Shown piece after piece: positions 8,975 to 16,910 of a DNA stretch of 55,553 nucleotides. Where the stretch lies: the IMG/VR virus record IMGVR_UViG_3300045988_070589; one strand, 5' to 3'. Position numbers and translations under genes: made by a program. The notes below the pieces were generated by a model. It worked only from the letters and a program-made list of their open reading frames with translations. It had not been told where the DNA came from and did not search any database. The number at the start of each line of letters is the position of its first letter. The stretch's first letter is position 1. This DNA is from a virus.

Positions 8975-10654
8975 GTGAGTGAAACTATAAACATTCCAAG
9001 AGACACGACAATGCAGTTACTTGTGAAAGTACACAGAGATCAGATCGCTGGAGAGATGGATCTGAAATACAAAGAGAAAGTTGCGGCGGCTACTTCTAAA
9101 GCAGAGGTGGACGCCCTTTTTGCTGAATGGTGGAAGATTCAGTACAATCCGGATCTTTACACGAAGTCTGAAATGCTGGAGAGATGGTTCGGAAATGTTC
9201 TGGTTGATACTAGAGTGCATGGTGTAACCACACCGAGATATTCAAAAAGCACATCCATGATCGGAGAGTTGACCGATGATTCCACTGGATTAACTTGCAC
9301 ACCGTCTACAGAATCAACAGCCGGATCCGATCCTTTTGCACACCTTCCGCAGTTCTGGTGTCTTGAGGTTGCGGCAGAGAAAAAAGCAGATGGTTCCCAT
9401 GAGATTTTTTATGTGGAGCATATTGACGATACTGCAAAGGTCAGAGGCGGAGAACACCTGTGCTGGGTTCTCCAGAAGAATACCTACAAGAGAGAGTGGC
9501 AGGATAAAGATTATAAATATCTGAAAACCAGATGCACACCAGCACCGGGGTACAAGAGATGGAAAGAGGGAACCGATCGAACCGGAAAAGTGCATGAGTA
9601 TATGGCACACCCGAAGTATTATGCCGGAATTGATGCAGACGGGGGTATCACATGCGGAACCGGATTGAAGCCAGCCAACCGAACATCCCACCAGACAGGC
9701 GTAACCAGATGGAGAGGCAGAGGAGCACAGTATTCCGGAGCTTCTGGATCTCTTATCAAGTTCCTGGATGCTATGATGCGTTTGAAATATGGACGTAAAG
9801 GAAATTCCGGAAAGATTGAAGGTTGCACAAATTACAACTACCAGTACACAGTTGCAGTGAGTGAGACTGGAGTAGAAAGGGTAATTCTGACAAAGGAGCA
9901 GGCTGCAAACCTTTTGGTTGGCTCGACTGTTATGCTTGGCATTCAGAGCGGATCTGACAGAAACACAGCAAGTAACTATTCTATCTTCGATGGAAAACTG
10001 ATTACAGCCATCGAAACAGTGACTATTGAAACAAAAGAATATTCAGCAGTCTATGTGGATAACGGAGGAAAGACTTTTGACACAACAGCCGGAAGCACAT
10101 ATCTTTCTACAAGCCCGTATTATTCCGGATGGAATGATAATGTTCTTGGCAGAGATGGTAGCAAGATCAGCCCGACTTCCGGAAAAGAACCAGGAATGAT
10201 CCAGGGTGTAGAATTTATGAACGGATCCTATCTGATTGTCTCCGATGAATTATGGCAGTGGAGCCAGGATGCGAATGAGAATTATTGCTTTGATTGCTAC
10301 AAATGTTACGATCAGTCAAAAGTAGGCTCTGCAATCAATGAGAACTACGAAAAAGTAAATGTTCCAACATTGGTATTTCCGAAAGATACGGCTGCCTGGA
10401 CATGGAAGTATATTACTGATAATGCAATCAATGATGATGTTCTATGGCCGGAGGCAACCAACGCAAGCGGAAGCGGCGTTGGAGTGGGAGCTGGCTTCCT
10501 TTGCGTACCTGCGGCGTCTGGTGTTCGTGCGGCTTGGTGCTTTGGTAGCTTGAGCTACGGTGGTGCTGCTGGCGTTCCTTGCCGTATCTCGGGCAATGGG
10601 GTGTCTGACACTTACTGGTACGGCTCTCTCGGAGCACCTGGTCTTGAGGGTTAA
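8975..10654 (+). CDS. DGR target protein (variable, probable receptor-binding tail protein)
   Basis: 559 aa. GTG start 8 nt after AGGAGG. The last ~56 codons are the variable repeat, which matches the downstream template repeat except mainly at template adenines. Located in the tail-fibre module. Confidence 0.85.
   Translation: MSETINIPRDTTMQLLVKVHRDQIAGEMDLKYKEKVAAATSKAEVDALFAEWWKIQYNPDLYTKSEMLERWFGNVLVDTRVHGVTTPRYSKSTSMIGELTDDSTGLTCTPSTESTAGSDPFAHLPQFWCLEVAAEKKADGSHEIFYVEHIDDTAKVRGGEHLCWVLQKNTYKREWQDKDYKYLKTRCTPAPGYKRWKEGTDRTGKVHEYMAHPKYYAGIDADGGITCGTGLKPANRTSHQTGVTRWRGRGAQYSGASGSLIKFLDAMMRLKYGRKGNSGKIEGCTNYNYQYTVAVSETGVERVILTKEQAANLLVGSTVMLGIQSGSDRNTASNYSIFDGKLITAIETVTIETKEYSAVYVDNGGKTFDTTAGSTYLSTSPYYSGWNDNVLGRDGSKISPTSGKEPGMIQGVEFMNGSYLIVSDELWQWSQDANENYCFDCYKCYDQSKVGSAINENYEKVNVPTLVFPKDTAAWTWKYITDNAINDDVLWPEATNASGSGVGVGAGFLCVPAASGVRAAWCFGSLSYGGAAGVPCRISGNGVSDTYWYGSLGAPGLEG
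10485..10642 (+). repeat. DGR variable repeat (VR)
   Basis: Collinear with 10741-10898 (offset 256). By manual alignment there are 16 mismatches. Fifteen of them are TR A to VR non-A. Confidence 0.9.
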
Positions 10655-10674
10655 AAACGGGGTGAATGCGAAGC

Positions 10675-10700
10675 AGAGGGGCAGTAAGCCCCTTTATTGT
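10675..10700 (+). terminator. Hairpin plus T-rich tract just downstream of the VR/target stop codon
   Basis: Stem AGGGGC (10677-82), loop AGTAA, stem GCCCCT (10688-93), then TTATTGT. Could act as an intrinsic terminator and/or as the DGR target-proximal hairpin. Confidence 0.55.
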
Positions 10701-10705
10701 CTTAT

Positions 10706-10735
10706 TTGCAAATAAAATAATTTTAGGGTTATACG
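10706..10735 (+). promoter_or_regulatory. Putative promoter for the TR-RT transcript
   Basis: TTGCAA (10706-11), 17 nt, TTATAC (10729-34). Overlaps the perfect 14-bp palindrome TTATTTGCAAATAA (10702-15). The predicted start falls about at the TR 5' edge. Confidence 0.4.
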
Positions 10736-10740
10736 GTGTC

Positions 10741-10898
10741 TGGGAGCTGGCTTCAATTGCGAACCTGCGGCGTCTGGTGTTCGTGCGGCTTGGTGCTTTG
10801 GTAACTTGAACAACGGTGGTAATGCTGGCGTTCCTTGCCGTAACTCGAACAATGGGGTGTCTAACGCTAACTGGAACGGCTCTCTCGGAGCAACTGGT
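10741..10898 (+). repeat. DGR template repeat (TR)
   Basis: Non-coding copy of the VR. In the VR frame it is rich in AAC/AAT codons (…GNLNNGGNAGVPCRNSNNGVSNANWNG…). Confidence 0.9.
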
Positions 10899-11037
10899 AC
10901 AATTTTGAAAAGAGTATTAAAAAATCATTGCATCGTATAATCCTCGCTTATGTGCGAAAATAACTTGAAACCAACGAGGCTAGTACCGAAAGGGAAAGCC
11001 ACGGAAGTAACCGGATGAATATTAAGGAGGTTGATGT
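10899..11037 (+). ncRNA. Spacer between TR and RT (probable 3' part of the DGR template RNA)
   Basis: 139 nt, non-coding. Contains a potential stem CCTCG…CGAGG. The role is inferred from DGR architecture only. Confidence 0.35.
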
Positions 11038-12294
11038 GTGAAAACATATTGCAAACCAGCAACGGTCAATATTGAGGACTGGAAATTTAATGAACTTGCC
11101 GTTGTGGAATGCTTCCGGAATAAGCGGAACAGAAAAGATTTCCAACGTCTGCTATGCAAGACCGGGAAAATAACAAAGCGTGAGATCGTAGAGGATCAGC
11201 TGAATAAGGATTTTAAACGAACCCTGGAAGCTGAATCAGAAGTAGCAAAGATGCTGACGCAACGTATAATCAACCGAGATTTACAATTAAAACCGATTCG
11301 CCAATTTCAAAGAATTGACGGACTGACGCAGAAGCTCCGTGATATCTGCCAGGAATCTCCAGAACAGCAGGTGTTTGAATATATCGGAGTATATGCGTTG
11401 AAACCTCTTTTCAGAGCGAAGATTTTACCGATTCAGTACGGGAGCATCCCAAATAAGGGAGGCGTAGCCGGAAAGCGGAAGATTGAAAGACTTCTCCGGA
11501 AGAAGTTCCACGGAAAAGTAGTTGCTTTGAAAGGAGATGTAACAAAGGCTTATCCCTCAGTGACGGTTCCAATCGTCATGGAGATGCTGAGAAGAGACAT
11601 AGGCAAGAATAAAGTGCTGCTATGGTTCCTGGGTGCTCTTATGAGCAACTATCCTGGGAACCATCTTTGCATAGGTGGATATCTTCCGGCATGGCTATTC
11701 AATTACGTGATGTCTTATGTATTGAGATATATCTATGAGCAAGCTCAGATACGCAGAGGAAAGCGGAATAGGCTTGTATATGCGATTGTATGCTATGCAG
11801 ATGATTTCACGATCTATGGCGATGTTTCAAAGCTGAAAAAGGCAATGAAGAAAGCTACGATCTGGGCTCATGATAAGTTTGGATTGAAAATCAAGGATAT
11901 CTGGCAATTCTACCAGGTAGCTTCGTTTGATGAAGAACGGGAGAACCTGGAAGAGCGAAGGAAAGGCAGCAAGAAAAGGACGCCCGGAGTTGATATGATG
12001 GGCTATGTAGTCCGGAGGAGATACACGATCATCCGTGGGAGAGTATTTCGGAGAATCCGGAGGCAAGTGCTCAGAGCCTGGGAAGATTTCAAGGCGAAAG
12101 GATTTACCCCATGGTGGAGAGCCTGCCGGATTGCAGCATACAAAGGCTGGATAAAGCATAGCAACAGTTTGAAATTCCGGATGGAGTATTGTTTTGATAA
12201 GCTATTCAAAATGTGTTCATACAGTGCAAGTAAGCACGGAAAGGAAGTAGAAAATGAGAAGAGAATCTTACTTATCGCAGCCCTCAGCAGTTGA
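11038..12294 (+). CDS. DGR reverse transcriptase
   Basis: 418 aa. GTG start 7 nt after AAGGAGG. RT motifs …ALKGDVTKAYPSV… and …IVCYADDFTIYGD… (YxDD). Lies immediately 3' of the TR. Confidence 0.85.
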   Translation: MKTYCKPATVNIEDWKFNELAVVECFRNKRNRKDFQRLLCKTGKITKREIVEDQLNKDFKRTLEAESEVAKMLTQRIINRDLQLKPIRQFQRIDGLTQKLRDICQESPEQQVFEYIGVYALKPLFRAKILPIQYGSIPNKGGVAGKRKIERLLRKKFHGKVVALKGDVTKAYPSVTVPIVMEMLRRDIGKNKVLLWFLGALMSNYPGNHLCIGGYLPAWLFNYVMSYVLRYIYEQAQIRRGKRNRLVYAIVCYADDFTIYGDVSKLKKAMKKATIWAHDKFGLKIKDIWQFYQVASFDEERENLEERRKGSKKRTPGVDMMGYVVRRRYTIIRGRVFRRIRRQVLRAWEDFKAKGFTPWWRACRIAAYKGWIKHSNSLKFRMEYCFDKLFKMCSYSASKHGKEVENEKRILLIAALSS

Positions 12295-12952
12295 GGTCTA
12301 TCCGGTATTTTCCGGAACAGATGTTATCATGCGTAAAAACATTGAGCTGGTGGATAAAGAGGACATCCAGGATGGGAAAAAGAATAAGTACAAGGTGTGG
12401 GAGTGCGAGGAGGTCCAGTTCCATTACCAGGGCAAAGTAACCCAGGAAGAGATCGAATCTGATTTTGATTACTGGTACGCAAAAGCGGAGGAGGTTCCGG
12501 ATCCTTCCAGTGTGGAAGATCTGAGCCTGGAGGATGCAAGAAAAGCGAAATACCAGGAAATCGCATCAGCATGTGAGCAGACGATTTACGCCGGAGTAGA
12601 TGTGAGCACATCTTCCGGAGTGGAACATTTCAGCTTGACAGAAAAAGATCAGCTGAATCTTTTCGGAAAGAAAATGCAGTTGTTAGCTGGAGAGGAAAAG
12701 CTGGAGTACCATGAGGACGGACATCCTTGCAAGTATTTCTCGGCTGAGGACATGCAGAACATCGTCAATAAAGCAATGTTCTATGTATCATACTACACAA
12801 CATATTGCAATGCTCTGAATATGTGGATCAAGTCGGTAACGAAGCCTGGAGATCTGGATCAGATCCAGTGGGGAGCAAAAGTTCCGGAAGAGTTTCAGAA
12901 TGAAGTTCTGAAAGATTACATGAAAGCCATTGCATCCGGAGGTATTGCATAG
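12254..12952 (+). CDS. DUF4376-like tail-fibre-associated protein
   Basis: 232 aa. The start overlaps the RT 3' end by 41 nt, with GGAAGGAAG upstream. The C-terminal half (…KYQEIASACEQTIYAGVDV…HFSLTEKDQLNLFG…) resembles the DUF4376 pattern found next to phage fibres. Confidence 0.5.
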   Translation: MRRESYLSQPSAVEVYPVFSGTDVIMRKNIELVDKEDIQDGKKNKYKVWECEEVQFHYQGKVTQEEIESDFDYWYAKAEEVPDPSSVEDLSLEDARKAKYQEIASACEQTIYAGVDVSTSSGVEHFSLTEKDQLNLFGKKMQLLAGEEKLEYHEDGHPCKYFSAEDMQNIVNKAMFYVSYYTTYCNALNMWIKSVTKPGDLDQIQWGAKVPEEFQNEVLKDYMKAIASGGIA

Positions 12953-13386
12953 TGAAAAAAATCATAAAGTACCTGACACTCTTCCTGATCGGAGGAGTTT
13001 TTTATTATTCCCTGGAAGTGATCTTCCGGGGATATTCATTTCCGGCAATGGCAGTGTGCGGAGGCTTATGCTTCATCATTTGCGGAGTGATTAACGAGAG
13101 ATCACGATGTATGCCGTTGGTTCTCCAGCAGTTGATAGCTGCATCCGGGATCACAGTGATTGAATTTATTTCCGGATTGATCCTGAATGTATGGTTGGGG
13201 CTGAATATGTGGGATTACAGTAACATGCCCGGAAATATACTCGGTCAGATATGTCCGCAATTTACGCTGCTGTGGTTCTTTTTATCAGCATTCGGGATCT
13301 TCCTGGATGATCTGATCCGGTGGCTTTTATTTGGCGAAGAGAAGCCTCACTACCATCTTTTCAGGAAAAGGAAGGGCGATAAATGA
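12952..13386 (+). CDS. Multi-pass membrane protein (CmpB/'putative ABC-transporter type IV'-like; possible holin partner)
   Basis: 144 aa, about 4 TM segments. GTG start after GGAGGT. Located upstream of the lysis genes. Confidence 0.55.
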   Translation: MKKIIKYLTLFLIGGVFYYSLEVIFRGYSFPAMAVCGGLCFIICGVINERSRCMPLVLQQLIAASGITVIEFISGLILNVWLGLNMWDYSNMPGNILGQICPQFTLLWFFLSAFGIFLDDLIRWLLFGEEKPHYHLFRKRKGDK

Positions 13387-13607
13387 CAAAGTTACAGATT
13401 ATCTCCAAATTATGGTCGGCAATCTATGATCTAATCTTCCTGATAAAAGGGACGCCAACTAAAAGTCTGGAGGAGATCGAAGCAGATCTTGACGTTATCG
13501 AGTACGCATGCCGGAGGTATGCAGATTGCGATGATGATGAGATAGCAATTAGTAGTGAAGGAGGTGTTGCATATGCAGATACGAGCGCAGCCCGGAAAAC
13601 GAATTAG
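13383..13607 (+). CDS. Hypothetical protein
   Basis: 74 aa, AAGGAAGG RBS. The start overlaps the previous stop (ATGA). Confidence 0.5.
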   Translation: MTKLQIISKLWSAIYDLIFLIKGTPTKSLEEIEADLDVIEYACRRYADCDDDEIAISSEGGVAYADTSAARKTN

Positions 13608-13650
13608 CTCGCAAGTTCCGAAGTAATAGGAGAAAGGAGACACAGATCCA

Positions 13651-14001
13651 ATGGACTTATTGATAGCTGCCGGAGTTCCATCAGCGATCACAGCTTTTTG
13701 TTTTTGGTTGATCGAAAGAAAAATCCAGGCAAGAGCAGAAGCTGAGAAAGAGGAAAGGCTAAACCGACAGAGAGAGCAGGACGCTAAAGAAGAAAACAGG
13801 GAAAAACTCCAGTACATGACAGTAAAAGCCCTGGACGGAGCTCTTGCATTGTCAGAAGCTACAGCAAAAGCTATGCAGAGAATCCCGGACGCCAAGTGCA
13901 ACGGAGACATGCACAAAGTCCTGGATTATGAGCAGGAAGCGAAACACGATCTGGAAAATTTCCTGACACGTCAGGGAGTAAATCATATAACCGGAAACTA
14001 A
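13651..14001 (+). CDS. Single-pass membrane protein with coiled coil (holin/lysis-associated candidate)
   Basis: 116 aa. N-terminal TM segment (LLIAAGVPSAITAFCFWLI), then a charged helix. Confidence 0.5.
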   Translation: MDLLIAAGVPSAITAFCFWLIERKIQARAEAEKEERLNRQREQDAKEENREKLQYMTVKALDGALALSEATAKAMQRIPDAKCNGDMHKVLDYEQEAKHDLENFLTRQGVNHITGN

Positions 14002-14130
14002 AAGCACTAATCGGCTCAAATCCGCATGATAGTAGCTTATGCAAGGAAATTACCATGTAACCAATTAACAAAGCCCCATGAGGCTGTACGGAAGCCTGAG
14101 AGGGCATGAAAAGAAATGGAGGAAACAAGA

Positions 14131-14481
14131 ATGGAATTAGTAAATGTATTATCTCAGATCCCATTGCCAGTAATTGCAGTGGCTCTTCTGATCTTAGCGA
14201 TCATTACGATTGTTTTAGCTTACCAGTATGCAAAGATGCAGGGACTGGACGGAATCCGTCAGGATGTATATCAGCTGATCTTGAAAGCAGAGCACATCTA
14301 CAATGAATCCGGTCAGGGCAAACAGAAATTAAAGTATGTTGTAAGCCAGGCAAGAGGATTGTTACCTAAGTGGCTCCAGATATTCGTTACCGAGGAAGCA
14401 ATGATGAAGGTTATTGATAAATGGTTTGAGGGGGTAAAAGATCTTCTGGATGACGGAAGAGTAAATGGCTCCCAGAAATAA
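14131..14481 (+). CDS. Holin, LL-H-like family
   Basis: N-terminal TM segment (IPLPVIAVALLILAIITIVLAY) and a C-terminal region (…GQGKQKLKYVVSQARGLLPKWLQIFVTEE…) resemble LL-H holins. ATG 14131 lies 7 nt after GGAGGA. The ORF track starts at 14116. Confidence 0.6.
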   Translation: MELVNVLSQIPLPVIAVALLILAIITIVLAYQYAKMQGLDGIRQDVYQLILKAEHIYNESGQGKQKLKYVVSQARGLLPKWLQIFVTEEAMMKVIDKWFEGVKDLLDDGRVNGSQK

Positions 14482-14505
14482 CTCTCAGAGAAGGGAGGGA
14501 GTGCT

Positions 14506-14826
14506 ATGTGGGATGTAATCCTATTCGTGTATCTTTTAGGAATCTTATTAAGTCAGCCAGTATACATCTGGGCGATCGGGACGCTATGCAGAATGGAGGA
14601 CGAGGACGAAGAGCTTTATTGCCAGGATAACGGTTTGTATTACGAACCGAGGAAACCGAACTACCCATTGGTAATGGTGCTCATGGTTTTGGCAGGGATC
14701 TTCTGGCCACTTGTAATTTTATTTGCAATATTTTTGCCACTCACATTTATCCTGATGGATAAAATGGGGCAGTTGCATCCGGAAGAGGACGAAAAGTTGG
14801 ATCCGGAAGAGGACACGTACTTATAA
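14506..14826 (+). CDS. Small membrane protein (lysis cassette)
   Basis: 106 aa, 2-3 TM segments, GGGAGGGAG RBS. Confidence 0.5.
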   Translation: MWDVILFVYLLGILLSQPVYIWAIGTLCRMEDEDEELYCQDNGLYYEPRKPNYPLVMVLMVLAGIFWPLVILFAIFLPLTFILMDKMGQLHPEEDEKLDPEEDTYL

Positions 14827-14869
14827 CTGGGTGGGGAGAAATCCCCACTCTTTTACGTTGGAGGAAGTT

Positions 14870-16456
14870 ATGGCAATTATACGAAACACCTATACAGACG
14901 CATTATTTAATGGTTTGATGGCTGCTGGATGCACAATATACGGAGCATGCGGAGCTATGGGGAATATTTACGCAGAATCCGGGGCAAATCCCCGTAATCT
15001 GGAGAACCTCTGCGAGAAGAGGCTGAATTACAAATACACCGATGACACGTACACAACGGCAGTAGACAGCGGAGAGATCACAAGAGATCTTTTCTTGCAT
15101 CCGTTGGGAGATTCCAGACAATACGGTTATGGTTTTTGCCAGTGGACGTCCGCCGGAAGAAAAGCAGGACTGTACGATCTGGTTAAATCAAAAGGCGTGT
15201 CGATCGGAGATCCGGACACTCAGGTTGAGTTCATGCTGAAAGAATTACAGCAGAGCTACAAGAGCGTTCTGCAGGTATTGAAAACGGCAACCTCAGTCCA
15301 GGAGGCGTCAGATATCTTTCTGGTAAAATTCGAGGTTCCGGCAAATACCGGATCAGAAGTCAAAAAGACAAGAGCTTCCTACGGGGAGCAGTACCTGAAA
15401 ATCTATAAAGACATCGAAAAGGAGGAAACAAACGTGAGTTTAATTTCAAACAGCGGACATGATGAAAACGGAAAGTATTCAGGAGGAAAAGCTGGAGATC
15501 AGACCGGGACAGAATGGGCTTTGATTCCATGGTATAACAGACCTTGGAAGTGCGTTCTGAGACATCCGGATGCAAAAGTTAGAGCGAAGCTGGCAGAGCT
15601 TGGGATCAAAGCTGCTAAAAATGATTTGGTCGGTTACGATCAGGGACAAAGAGGTACATACTGGGAGCACCTGAAAGCAAGTAATTACGATCCTTCACAG
15701 ATCACAATCGCTTGCGAGGGGGATTGTTCTGCCGGAGTGATCGCTAATATTAAAGCGGCTGGTTATCTCCTGGGAATTGATGCACTGAAAAACATTAACG
15801 CCACATATACGGGTAATCTGAGATCCGGAGCAAAGGCGGCTGGATTCCAGGTATTAACAGAATCGAAGTATCTTACTGGCCCTGATTATCTTTTAGCCGG
15901 AGACATCCTTTTGAACGACAGCCATCATACGGCAACAAATGTCCAGGATGGTTCTAAGTCTGGAGGAGCCGGAACATCTGGCTCAGGATCAACAAACAGC
16001 GGATCCGGAACAATTTCCGGAGGAAACAGTAAGACAGCGAACATCAAGAACGGCCAGCAATGGTTGAATAGCAATTACGGCAATAAGCTGATCCAGTTCT
16101 GCGGAGCTAAACTGGAGGTGGATGGATCCTACGGTCCAGCTTCCAGATGGGGAGCCCTTGCGATCTGGAAAGATCTTATGAACCGCAAGTATGGAACAAA
16201 GCTCACTCCGACAAACAAGAATTTCTATGGTTCATGCAAGGAAGTAGCCGGAAAAGCCGGAGTTCACAGTGGAACGGTCGGTACATTCACATTCATAGCT
16301 CAGTTCATTTTATCCGCAAAAGGATATTATACCGGAGCCATGGATGCCAGCTGCGGAAGCAAGCTGGTAGAGGCGATCACAGCATTCCAGAAAGCGAATG
16401 ATCTGGATGCTGACGGATGGTGCGGAGCCGATACCTGGTACGCACTTTTTAACTAA
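14870..16456 (+). CDS. Multidomain endolysin (phage-lysozyme-like N-domain, conserved middle domain, C-terminal peptidoglycan-binding repeat)
   Basis: N-terminus …GAMGNIYAESGANPRNLEN…YGYGFCQWT… (phage tail lysozyme-like). Gly/Ser linker. C-terminus …AITAFQKANDLDADGWCGADTWYALF (PG_binding_1-like). The start was moved to ATG 14870 after GGAGGAAG. Confidence 0.8.
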   Translation: MAIIRNTYTDALFNGLMAAGCTIYGACGAMGNIYAESGANPRNLENLCEKRLNYKYTDDTYTTAVDSGEITRDLFLHPLGDSRQYGYGFCQWTSAGRKAGLYDLVKSKGVSIGDPDTQVEFMLKELQQSYKSVLQVLKTATSVQEASDIFLVKFEVPANTGSEVKKTRASYGEQYLKIYKDIEKEETNVSLISNSGHDENGKYSGGKAGDQTGTEWALIPWYNRPWKCVLRHPDAKVRAKLAELGIKAAKNDLVGYDQGQRGTYWEHLKASNYDPSQITIACEGDCSAGVIANIKAAGYLLGIDALKNINATYTGNLRSGAKAAGFQVLTESKYLTGPDYLLAGDILLNDSHHTATNVQDGSKSGGAGTSGSGSTNSGSGTISGGNSKTANIKNGQQWLNSNYGNKLIQFCGAKLEVDGSYGPASRWGALAIWKDLMNRKYGTKLTPTNKNFYGSCKEVAGKAGVHSGTVGTFTFIAQFILSAKGYYTGAMDASCGSKLVEAITAFQKANDLDADGWCGADTWYALFN

Positions 16457-16540
16457 GAGTAAATTTTTAACTAGCAAACCAAGTCTGTAACGCATAAGTA
16501 ACAGCAAACCTTTTGGTCGAGGAAATAATATGTCACACAC

Positions 16541-16576
16541 GCCCTGGGTATCTTTGGATGCCTGGGGCATTTTTTA
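16541..16576 (+). terminator. Intrinsic terminator ending the structural/lysis operon
   Basis: 12-bp stem GCCCTGGGTATC / GATGCCTGGGGC (3 G-U pairs), loop TTTG, then ATTTTTTATT. Confidence 0.7.
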
Positions 16577-16910
16577 TTGTCTGAAAATCTCGTAAAATTC
16601 TGAAAAAGGCTATACAGCAAACGGTCTTTTTGTCAATGTGGTTTTTCCACAAATCAGCAAAGCTCCAGTTGTGCAAAATTTTGATTTCGCACGAAAATAA
16701 ATTTTAGGATCTGATTATTGCCCGTGAAGAAAAAGGCGATCTGAGGCATTTTAGGCACCTCCAGGCGAGTGAGTTTGTTCCTGAAAAAGGTCAAAATCCG
16801 GATCAGAAGCCCGGCATGGTTGAAATGCACAAAAACAGGTTCAGAAAACGTACATTATCCACAACGCACTGTGGAAAGTGTGGAAAAGTACCATAGTGCG
16901 TTATGTGACG

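Larger units (their letters stand above)
10485..12294 (+). mobile_element. Diversity-generating retroelement cassette (VR - TR - spacer - RT)
   Basis: A 158-bp VR/TR pair with adenine-specific mismatches, plus an adjacent reverse transcriptase with a YADD box. Confidence 0.9.
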
